A stretch of DNA of 58,410 bases, from assembly GCA_023231475.1 (NCBI GenBank), contig JALJEE010002401.1:1-58410 (forward strand), read 5' to 3'. This DNA comes from Seison nebaliae. Taxonomy: Eukaryota. A model generated the notes under the pieces. It was not told the origin of the DNA. It saw nothing but the letters and a program-made list of their open reading frames with translations, and made no database searches. Position numbers and translations under genes: made by a program. Below, piece by piece: positions 40,137 to 50,734 of the stretch. Positions within the stretch are counted from its first letter, which is position 1. Every line of letters starts with the position of its first letter.

Positions 40137-43100
40137 TTAAGGATTCGGATTGACTTCTGGTAATTTGAGGAGTTCTTGATATATTTCTGATTTTAAACAT
40201 AATTCGTCTTCTTCCATTGGTATGACATTTGGCATTTGCATTTCATTAGAGAAATAATGATTAAAATCGACACTTAATAATTTCGTTGGTTCGGTATTGT
40301 TTCGACTTCCAGCCGCACAAATTAATCGATCGTTCTTCACTTTCAATCGCCATACAACTCCTCCGTTGTAACAGTTGGCGAGACGAATGAGATCTCTGAT
40401 GAATTCACCGGTTTCTTTATTCCATAATTTCACCGTTCCATCATCGCTGGATGTGACGATGTAATTGCGATGGAAAGATACAGCAGTCACAGCAGTTCGA
40501 TGACGTGCTTCGTTCGAACCATTTCCCAAAATGTGGAGACAACCGCCCGTTTTCAATGACCAAATCCTGATAGTGGCATCAGCATTTCCAGAAATGAGTA
40601 TATCATCTTGAATTCTCATGGAACTGGTGAGTGATTGATGTCCATCCAAACTGAACAAACAAGTTCCTTTAATGATGCACCAAATACGAATTGTTGTGTC
40701 TAAAGAACCGCTCGCGATAATATTTCCTTCACATTGGAGTGAGTAAACACGATTGGAATGTCCTTGTAGAACATGAACAATATATTTTTCTAATGTCCAT
40801 ACACGAACAGTGAAATCATAAGCTCCACTTACTATATATTTTCCATGATAACAAATGCATCGGACAGCCGATTCATGACCATGAAATTCACCTACTTGTA
40901 TTCCTTTCACTATATCCCAAATTCGAACAGTCGAATCTCGTGATCCCGATGCAACTAAATTTCCTGCTTCATTCATCGCTAAACATCGAACTGTTGATGA
41001 ATGTCCATTCAATACATGATAACATCGACCTGTCAAAATGTTCCAGACACGAAGTGAACGATCTGTCGATCCACTGACACATATTCGATTCTTCAATTGT
41101 GATGACCATACACCGCCATGATGACCGGTTAATTTACTCACGAACTTATTCGTTTGACAATTCCAGACGGTGAGAGTATTATCATCAGAACCACTCACCA
41201 CATACGGTTCCTCATATTGAAGACAAGTGATTACATAATTCTTATGAGCCAAATATGACATTGGATATGGATATTGTTGAGAGATCCAATTTAAATTCGT
41301 CTTATAATCTCGTTCACAACATCGTTTCCAAAAACGACATCTTCGATTCATTTCACCAATAGTAACGGGTATGATACGTGAAGGATTCTCATCCGACAGA
41401 TCAGGATTTGGTGGGAAATATTTTTTTTTCGTCATCTCCTCATTTTCTTTGATGATGGGGCAGATTTTGACGGATGGCGATTTTAGAGGTAGATTTAATT
41501 CTTCACATTTATATTTCCATAAATACGGATCCGTACATAAACGATGCCATCGTTTCGATACGATTGAAATGCGACCGATATCACTAGGTGGAAGATATTG
41601 GAGAATTGCCAATGATAAATCAGTTGGTGCCGTTCCAACCAAATCCATTTTCAGTCGATGATGAACATAATCGCGAACTGATTGTATCATATTTGGTGAG
41701 CTATGTTGAATGAGAGAATATAATAATTCTTTCTGTTTATGATTATCTAATCGAAGATAATTTCCAATAAATCTCCTCGAAACGTCATTCTCAAGTTTCT
41801 GATTCATGAGATCGTTTCCTAAAACTCTCATTTTCTTCTCTGTTATCGTTTCTAATCCACATTCTAAATTATGATGTGATTGTAATAACATAAATTTATA
41901 ATAATTATCGAAATTGCCTTGGAAAGCCGTTTTAGATACGGGAACGTCGTCGAAGATGTTCAATGGAAGATGATGGAGGAATTTGAGAAATTCTGAAGAG
42001 AAATTTTTCATTTTCTTCTCTAAAAATCTTTGTAATTGTATTTCGTCATTACCATCTAATTTATTTAGAATATGCTCTTCTGAATTATCGGAAGAACTTC
42101 CATCCGTCATTTGTGGTGTGGTTGGCTCGCCCATATTCTTCCGATTCTTCAACATCACTTGCATTCCTAATCGATTCCTTACCAAATCATTTTCAAAACA
42201 TTCCAATTTATCTTCTTGATTAAATATATTTCTCGTTGTACCTGATGATTTATTCGTCAGTTCATTCAATTCTTTCAATGAACGATCATCGTAAGTCGAA
42301 TGTTTTCGACATCGACATATGGCAACTGGATATTCATCTTCCACATAACAATTATCAATTTCGAGAATGAAATTGTCAGAAATTTTTGAATGTTCTTTCG
42401 ATTGTTTATTCGTGGGCGGTTTCTTTTTCGCGTTGGCGAAATGTTTGATCGAACAACAACAACAATGATGGTTAGTCTTCATTAATGATGATGTATCGAT
42501 GACTGATGATGAGACATTTGAATTACATTTCGTTCGTTCTCGACTTCCTTGTCGTCTTTTCTTTAACGTTAATGGACATTTTACTCGTTTATTATTTCGT
42601 AAATTATTTCGTTTTCGAATCTTTTGGAAAAGATGATTGATGAATTGTTCCGTTTTCTCTTTATCTTTCTCATTGACGATCTTCTTAAAATATTCTACGT
42701 CATGTTCAACTTGTTCCTCTTCATCCTCATCATCTTCTGACGAATCAGACGATGTTATACAAAATGCGTCAGCCAATCGTAATCCACTCATATAATCGTG
42801 TGAAGTTAATTTTCGCAATTCTGAATTACTTCCAAATCGTCGACGTTTCCGATAATTATTTAAAACGCGTCGATTCGATGCACTAACTGGTAGACAAGCG
42901 GAATGAGGTGTCTTCGATCTTTTGAATTTCTTCTTTTTCACTTCGTTACGATTTTCACCCACATCAGAAGTCATCGTCGTCGTAGCTGTTAGAGATGATG
43001 ATGATGATGTTTCTATTTCTGCTTTGGATTTCTTATTTGATAACATCGATTGTCTGGTGATCGTTTCATGTTCTTTCTCCGTCAAATCATTAATTTCAAT

Positions 43101-43484
43101 ATCATCTTTTCCATCAATATCGGTAGTGCCACTCGTTACTTGATCGGAATTACAATCGAAATCTTTTGTTCCCACATATTTCCTCAATGTCACTTCGATA
43201 TCATCATCGACAACTTCGATTTGTTCGTCTTCATTATCTGTCGTATTGGTGGGAATTGTTGGATATAAAACGGATTCGTAAGAAGAGAATCCGACAGGAA
43301 GTCCGCGTGAACCGTTTCTCTTGATCACATTCTTATGATTGTTGCTGGCAGCTTTGGGAGATTGAGGCAACTTTGGTTTGTTCAGATTTTGATTAGTCTT
43401 TCTTAAATTGTATGTATGTGATTTCGAAGAGTTGTTCGAAGGCATATCTCCAATTTGAGAGGATTCGAATATTATTTCTTCCAC
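40137..43484 (-). CDS. FBXW7: F-box/WD40 protein 7 (Cdc4/archipelago/SEL-10)
   Basis: F-box (LSLAILQYLPPSDIGRISIVSKRWHRLC). WD40s VITCLQ..VSGSDDNTL, GHHGGVWSSQ, SGSTDRSLRVW, GHSSTVRCL, GHSNRVYSLQ, GHQSLTS. C-terminal GGVVWRL..CAAGSRNNTEPTKLL. True start uncertain. Confidence 0.95.
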   Translation of the reverse strand: MEEIIFESSQIGDMPSNNSSKSHTYNLRKTNQNLNKPKLPQSPKAASNNHKNVIKRNGSRGLPVGFSSYESVLYPTIPTNTTDNEDEQIEVVDDDIEVTLRKYVGTKDFDCNSDQVTSGTTDIDGKDDIEINDLTEKEHETITRQSMLSNKKSKAEIETSSSSSLTATTTMTSDVGENRNEVKKKKFKRSKTPHSACLPVSASNRRVLNNYRKRRRFGSNSELRKLTSHDYMSGLRLADAFCITSSDSSEDDEDEEEQVEHDVEYFKKIVNEKDKEKTEQFINHLFQKIRKRNNLRNNKRVKCPLTLKKRRQGSRERTKCNSNVSSSVIDTSSLMKTNHHCCCCSIKHFANAKKKPPTNKQSKEHSKISDNFILEIDNCYVEDEYPVAICRCRKHSTYDDRSLKELNELTNKSSGTTRNIFNQEDKLECFENDLVRNRLGMQVMLKNRKNMGEPTTPQMTDGSSSDNSEEHILNKLDGNDEIQLQRFLEKKMKNFSSEFLKFLHHLPLNIFDDVPVSKTAFQGNFDNYYKFMLLQSHHNLECGLETITEKKMRVLGNDLMNQKLENDVSRRFIGNYLRLDNHKQKELLYSLIQHSSPNMIQSVRDYVHHRLKMDLVGTAPTDLSLAILQYLPPSDIGRISIVSKRWHRLCTDPYLWKYKCEELNLPLKSPSVKICPIIKENEEMTKKKYFPPNPDLSDENPSRIIPVTIGEMNRRCRFWKRCCERDYKTNLNWISQQYPYPMSYLAHKNYVITCLQYEEPYVVSGSDDNTLTVWNCQTNKFVSKLTGHHGGVWSSQLKNRICVSGSTDRSLRVWNILTGRCYHVLNGHSSTVRCLAMNEAGNLVASGSRDSTVRIWDIVKGIQVGEFHGHESAVRCICYHGKYIVSGAYDFTVRVWTLEKYIVHVLQGHSNRVYSLQCEGNIIASGSLDTTIRIWCIIKGTCLFSLDGHQSLTSSMRIQDDILISGNADATIRIWSLKTGGCLHILGNGSNEARHRTAVTAVSFHRNYIVTSSDDGTVKLWNKETGEFIRDLIRLANCYNGGVVWRLKVKNDRLICAAGSRNNTEPTKLLSVDFNHYFSNEMQMPNVIPMEEDELCLKSEIYQELLKLPEVNPNP

Positions 43485-44800
43485 AAGACAACAACGAAAA
43501 TGAGGGGAATACTATGTCTAGAATAATAATTTTTCTTTGTTGATAGAAAAAACATTAAAAAATTCAGTTTCTAATTTACACATCTCTATCCCGTTCGGAG
43601 ACTATACACATTATTTAACCAATGACATACCCCACTGTCATTGTGTATAGTGAATTGTTATTAAAAAAAACATTTGCCAAATATCTCTGTTCATCTTAAT
43701 AAGTTTTCGTCTCCTGATAGTTGCTGATAATGTAGCTATCATCCCTCTACCGTTCTTACTTTACCCAATCCTCCATTTCTATATCTCTCATTCTTGTCAC
43801 CCCCATTTCTTTTCTCCTTTCCATTTTTCAATTATTAGCCTTATCACTGCACATTAATTTCTTTAAATAATCTATCAACTCACACGGTCCATCACCATCG
43901 TTCGAAAAAACCGTCTTATTCTAAAATCCTTTCCTATCATTCACCTCAACTTCAATTCTTTTATTTTAAATCTTTTATCGTTCTACCGTCTCATTTAACG
44001 AATGACATTTGAACGATGTGAGAGAGATTTGAAAATGCATAATAAACCGGGAGATTCATCGTCTCCTTTCTTACAACGAACATCATCATTACATATATGA
44101 TGATGATAATGATGATACAGAAAGATGAACGAGAAATTCTTAAAATAGTTTTCTTCTTCATCTAAATCTTATAAGATATTGATCTTGAAGACAGGAACAT
44201 TAAAAGATTGAGAATAAACTTACTAATATCTACTTTTATCAAGTGCTCAAAAGTTGCACACAGTATAATACTAAAATTTTAACGATAACTGTGCAATTGA
44301 TAAGCACTTAATAAATACATGAGTCCATACATAATGTCCACGTGCAATCGAAATAAATATGAGACTGATTGTGAAAATTCCAAGTTTACGAAAGAATTCC
44401 ACACTCTTTAATTTTATCGTATGGTTAATTCTGATTTAAATGAAGTTAAGACCAACAGAAGAATGGGAACCAACTCCTAAATTTTACAGTTATTCTCCAC
44501 ATTTAACATTTGAATAAGTATAATATTTTTATTTAATAATAATACTATATTTAATGACTTGATGGAGAGAATAAGAGATTGGTGTATATTTCAATGTGGG
44601 AGTAGTTCGAGTGTTGGCAAATGTCAAATGTGTGCTAAGTCGCAAACGAGGCGACAAATCGAATGTGAAGAGTGGAATCGAAATAGAAAAATTCGAAAAG
44701 ACGAACTTGTATGAAAACGAAGCTAAATATGAAATAGAGAATTGTCTTTCATAAATGGAATGAATGTTTCTGTCTTTGTTTTTTTTCTTTGTTTTCAACC

Positions 44801-45950
44801 ATGAAATTTCACAGGATAAAGAATGCAATTAAAATTTGCACGTTCACTTACACCATCTATACATTGGGAGGTATCTTCTATATAAATCAACGTAGAAAGA
44901 GTTCTAATCAGACTTTCAATAAATTCGAAGTTTTTCTTCTTTCTCTTAAATCAAATTTACTTGTTCCCATGTCTTTAGTCGTTCCTTTACCATTCATTAC
45001 CACTCAGATTAACATCGAGATTTACTGGATTTGTTGCGAATTTACATGTTCCCGTTTCATGTCGTAAATTTGTTTTTGGCTTGTTCGAGAAATTCTATCC
45101 GAAATTCACTTTAGAAGATGCTGATCGACAAGACTTTCTCGAATATGAATCACTATCCGATTTATTTTTAAGGAAGTTAATACCCGAATCACGACCATTT
45201 CAATTGGAAGCGATTGAAGGTACGGATGAGAAGATTCTCAAGAATTTCATTTCACCAGTTGATGGAACAATTTTAGAAAGTGGAGAAATTGAGATTGAAG
45301 AAGGGGAGACGTTTGAAATTGTAAAGAATCAGAGTTATTCATTCATTCAATTTTTCGGACAAGAGTCTCTCGATATCTCTCAAGTGAAATCGATGTTGGA
45401 ATCAAAAGGGGTGAAATTGTTCCATTTAATCATCTATTTATCACCTCACAATTATCATCGATTTCATTCGCCAACTAAATGGCATTTGCGTCATCGTCGT
45501 CATTTCGTGGGAAAATTACTTAGTGTCAATCCCAATGTAGTTCGATTACTTCCCAATTTATTTAATTATCAGGAACGTGTACTTCTAACAGGTTTCCTCG
45601 ATTATAATCGAATTTCATTAATTTTATTATTAACCTTCAATTCCACAGGTAGTTGGGAACATGGCTTCTTTTCCTTTTGTGCAGTAGGTGCTACTAATGT
45701 AGGATCGATATCGATTAATATTGATCGTACTTTGAAAACGAACCAGATGTTCTCATTTCGAACTATTTTCGATAAGAACTTTCATGGTAGACAATTATTG
45801 ACATCTGGTGAAGAGATTGGTCGATTCAATCTCGGTTCGACCATCGTCCTTATATTTACAGCACCTGCTAATTATGTCTTTCGACATCACTCTAATGACG
45901 AGATACAATTGGGTGAGGCTTTGATGAAAGAGAAGGAAATGGGAATTTAA
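44801..45950 (+). CDS. PISD: Phosphatidylserine decarboxylase proenzyme, 3 exons
   Basis: ISPVDG, IYLSPHNYHRFHSP, RRHFVGKLLSVNP, AVGATNVGSI and autocleavage motif GRFNLGSTIVLIF. Introns ~44930-44978 and 45592-45648. Confidence 0.95.
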
Positions 45951-46033
45951 TCGATTTTATGTCATATTCATCAAAATTGTTTTATTTGTAAAGAATATAA
46001 TTCACGTCTTATCATTTTCTGATTAAGTAAAAT

Positions 46034-46517
46034 ATGAAACTGTTCTTCATCATCATCATCTTCTTAATTGGTGGGAATTTATCATTTATTCTTGTCTCAT
46101 CCTATCTTGGCAGTAATGGACCTAATTTGCACGGCGAAGTCGAAGCCGGTTTCTTTACCTTCTGATAATCATTATTTCTTATTTTTATGGTTAAAGAACC
46201 AATAAGTAGTTATGGACATGAGCGCCCGTTTGAGAAGCAAGCAGGTTTACGTAGTTCATATGAAGAGGAAGATGGAAATTCATATAATTCTGGTCATAGC
46301 GACGGTCATTTGAATGTTGTCCATTATGGTTAATTTAAAATCCGTCTATTTAATCGATTTAATTTATTTTAAATACCGCAAAAATATCTATTTGTTGAAT
46401 GATATAAATTAAATTTAAATTAACCATTTATCCTTAGGTTACGCTAAGGACGGGAAATATTATGGATATGTGAAAACCGAAACGAATCAAGGATATAATT
46501 CGTTTGAATCCAATTAA
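46034..46517 (+). CDS. Small secreted Gly/Tyr/Ser-rich protein, 108 aa, 3 exons (absent from ORF track)
   Basis: Hydrophobic leader MKLFFIIIIFLIGG. Exons 46034-46148, 46197-46328 and 46438-46517 join in frame through two GTT..AG introns. Confidence 0.7.
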
Positions 46518-46623
46518 ATTATTTTCAGACAATTTTTAAAGTTTTAATGAAATTGAATCGAAATAAAAAATATTCTTTTCGAAAAATCCTTTTCTTTTCT
46601 TTTCTTTTCAATTTACTGCATAT

Positions 46624-48701
46624 ATGTCCGTTCTAAGTGGTTCTAATTATCGTAAACTAAAAGATTTGGGTAAAGGCTCTTATGGATCCGTTTACTTAGC
46701 ACACGACACCATCCACTTAGACCAAGTAGCCGTTAAACGATTACACAAACAATATGATTCGTGGAAAGAGTGTCTAATGTTGAGAGAAGTGCAATCATTA
46801 AAGTCTTTGAGTTATCATCCCAATATCATTCGACTACGAGAAATCATCAGAGAGAATCGTCATCTATTTCTCATTTTCGATTATATGCCAATCAATCTAT
46901 TAGAAGTAATTTACATTTTTTTCGTTATCTTCATTTGAATCACTTCCTTCTCCCTTCCCTCTCATTAGTTAATTCAGGAAAGGAAGAAGAAATGTGAGTT
47001 TGGTGGAATGATGGATAATGATTCATTGAAATTAATCACTTTTCAAATCTTCTCCGGCTTAAGACATCTCCATCAATCTGGGTTCGATTTAAAAAATGAG
47101 AAATTTCTATTTGTAAATTTCCATCGTTATTTAATTAGTTATTTCCATCGAGATTTAAAACCAGACAATTTGCTAGTCAAACCAATACCGTCACCTGATA
47201 GCGATACACGTTTTCTTTACAATTATTTCTTAAACAAAATTTCTTAATGATATTTAGCACAAAATCTCACCGATTATTCAGTTTTCATCGTTAAATTGGG
47301 AGATTTTGGTTTGGCAAGAAAAATCCGAACGATTCCTCCTTTCACTTCTTATGTGTCCACGAGATGGTTTTTCATTAATGTCATTTCCTTCATTTAATCG
47401 ATTCATTTGAGGTATAGAGCTCCCGAACTTTGCCTTCAATCTGATTCGTATGATATGTCGGTGGATATATGGGCAGCAGGTTGTATCGTTGCCGAACTGA
47501 ATGTTGGGACGCCATTATTTTCAGGTTCGAGCGATTTAGATATGATCCATCGGATTGGTACTGTGATCGGTTCACCTGATGTAACTTCAGAGAATTGTAT
47601 TATTTCTTTCGAATTATCCTCGATTCATTCTCTCCAATAGTATTAAAATTGACGAAGAAGTTAGGAATAACAATAAAGAATTATGAGAAAAATGCTGGCG
47701 GTTTAGGACAACACGTCAAACGATGCAATACAGAACTTTCAAGTCATGAAAGTGTAGAATGGCAAAATTTATTAAAATTATTGTCCTCCATTTTCCAATG
47801 GGAAGGTAGTCGACGTCCATCAGCATCAGCCTGCCTCAAACATCAATATTTTGACGGAATTGATTCAATGAAAATCTTTCCAATTTACAAACATGAAATT
47901 AATTCGGAAAGACAAATAATTATCGATCGCCAAAAAGAGAAATTAACAAAAAACGTAGTTTCAGCAAACATGTCGATTTCCACTAAAATGTCCGGTACAA
48001 CTGTTCGTATTTTTTTTAATATTTTTTTCTTTTTATTTCTCGTTCTCAGATTGACACATTTAGCGACTTGAAAGTTATAGTTCTATCGAGAATTCGCTTT
48101 TCTAAATTTATATGGAACGTTTTAGCCTTCCAATTCGAGGACATATGCCACATCGCAAGTTATTCATTTTTAAAGTTTAGTTGAGAGTAAAAATGTTGAA
48201 TTTCTTATTCTAATTTCTAGACTAATTTGAGTTCATTGGTTAAATTTTAGTTTTGATTAGTGTTAAATGGAAATTGTTCTTTGTTGGCAGAGAATGAATC
48301 AGTCGCGTCAGTCAGTTAGTTTCTATGGAAATGGAATTTTTGCGATTTCAACTAAACTATCATCTTTTCCCAGTTGAGAGATACGCAGAGCGTTAACACA
48401 TTTATCTGGTTGTTGAGATTGACGAAATAGAATGCTTTTATAGATGTCGCACTTGGCGAATTCGACGACGGGAATAGGTAGAACATTAACGGCAGTTATC
48501 TTTAGTTTGATAGTTGAAGTCAGACATTTCTCCCGCTTAATAGACGTCAACTCTTAATGGAAGTATAAGATATTCGGTTAGTAGAAAAAGGAATTTTGAA
48601 GTTTCATAAAAAAGAAATTAAAGGAAGAAGAATTTCATGAACCGCAACGAGTAGGTCGTCGTAGTCAACGAAGAAGTTACATTCATGAGAAGAAGGATTG
48701 A
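46624..48701 (+). CDS. MAK: MAK/ICK (RCK-family) serine/threonine kinase with micro-exon-encoded tail
   Basis: [78 protein letters not shown]. Tail reconstructed from short exons; the 3' end may extend to ~48900. Confidence 0.88.
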
Positions 48702-50734
48702 TGGGAAAGTGTTTCGTTTTGACATAGAGGTAACAGTGGTGGATTGGATGAAAATGGAAATGAATTTGAAAACGATAATTATGAAAGAAAGAAATTGAAA
48801 TGTTAAGCAAGTATTTTTCTTTCGTGAATAAAAGAAATTGATCGCATTCTTCCAAGACAGCGTTCGTAAACGAATTGTGTGTTGGGACTGGAGAAATTAA
48901 TGGGAAATCATCGACGATGATAAGGTAAATGATAAGTAATGAAATGTTTATCTAATATGTAAGATGGGTGTAATAGAATGTATAAGAGATAAGATAGACG
49001 TCTCAGAGACGTCTAAACACAGTTACATAAGAAAGACAGATAAAAGAAAATATTTACAAATTTATTTTCTTCATGTTATATGAAGAGTTAGCTAACTAGA
49101 AAGTTGGTAGTTGAGTTAGTAGTTATGGGGTACTAGACTAGTATGTATTGGTAAGGTAGGAAGTCTGGGAGGGTAGATAAGATACGTGGCTGATATGTTA
49201 GATGTTGAAACGAGATGTGAAGTAAAGGATTGATGGATAGATATATAGATCTGTTAAACATTTCTCACATATATTAACTTTCATTTCCGACACAAATGTC
49301 TGCTTATTCCAATATACAATGTGAAATGATCATTCGGTTAAGGAAGTTTCATTATCATCAAATTCCTTCGTTCTATCGCCTCGTCGACATAATCATCATT
49401 CCATCATTCCATACAATATTCTTAATATTGATGAGGTGAGGAAAAGAAACAATCAGTTTCTAATAAAATCATTTCCATTATGAATCGAGTTATTCTCGTC
49501 GATTCATCACCCATGTCCTCTCTTACTCCCCCTTTACCACTAGCACCTCGTGATTTGGGAAGCAATATCAAATTCGTTCCTTTTATGAGTCGATCATGTT
49601 CCTGTGGTTTGAAGAGAATGGAAATTAGTTTTCCTAGTTGATTCCTCTATAGTTTCTCTCCTCTCAATTTGTTAGGGATGAAAGAGAATCGATGAATTGA
49701 ACATTTCAATCGAATAAATCGACCCAATTCTTCATCCATTTCTTCTAATAAAAGCTCGTTCTTGTTGTTGGTGTTGTTGGTAGTTGTGGTGGTGATGTTG
49801 TTGGTTAGAATGAAAGATATTTGACATTGTTCACACTACTATAAGGACTTGTGTGTTAATATATTTTGGTGTTGGTGGGAAATCATTGATTCTTTTGTTT
49901 TCATCTCTTTCTTTTAGGACGATGTTGATTGATTATCTTTCTCTATTTGCATTCATGTATGAAAAAAGGATTTCTCTCGTTCACTTATTATTCTACATTG
50001 GTAGTCATCATCAACATCTTCAACTTCTGTTTCCAATAACATGTCGAATATGTACGACTTCTATATTTGTAATGTGTTTTCTTTTCCGTACGTACACTTA
50101 TCGATCGTTTCATATGAGGTTAGCTAACCAGCTGTAGTACGTATGCCGATTATATTCTAATAGAGGAGAGTTTGTTAGCTATATATTGAATAAGAATTGC
50201 CACAGTAATTTTCAGGAAGTCCTCGTCTATTCACCATAATTCGATACATAATTCCATACACATGAACTATTATTATTCTCATCACTACCATTCCTTTCCT
50301 TCTTCTTCGCAAATTAACAAACGAATAATGAATACGAGAGAGAAAGGGAGAAATTAGCGGAAAGAATAAAAAATTTTTTGAGCGAAAAATTTTCAGGTTT
50401 TATTTTTCTTCTTCTTTTCCTTATCGTGGAATCCATACGTGCAATATGACTCTGTACGTAGGAAGAGAATGAGGAATGTTTAATAATAGAAAGTAAAAAA
50501 TAATCTTACTAAAATTTTTTCTTTTGTGCATTTATTGGTAATCTATTAATCGATTCTTTTCTATTACATTATCATGCTTGTTATTCTTGTCGTTTAAGAG
50601 AGGAAACACAGCTGATTCGATTATATCAACTAATTCTTGAAATTTCCTCCTTCATTTCTAAAAGGATTTCTTCTTCTTCTTCTTCATAGGCAATTTCATC
50701 GAGAGACGATTTTGATTTGAATTGAAATGAAATA

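Noticed and set aside
32628..43268. Short ORFs antisense to or overlapping PHACTR, CREB3, FBXW7 (likewise DIP2, NUDT6, cysteine synthase)
   Set aside because: Shadow frames of real genes, many with non-ATG starts and no motifs.
1649..48701. Stop-codon reassignment or mass pseudogenisation to explain fragmented ORFs
   Set aside because: Removing short GT..AG introns restores the frames of the conserved genes, and TAA, TAG and TGA all occur at ORF ends.
48261..49260. Solo LTR (TGTTAA...AAACA) and minus-strand ORFs 48323-48550 and 48604-48855
   Set aside because: No TSD, and the first half is better explained as MAK micro-exons on the plus strand.
49290..50730. Upstream exons of DIP2
   Set aside because: Some coding-like patches, but no frame-consistent splice path to 50735 that I can support.
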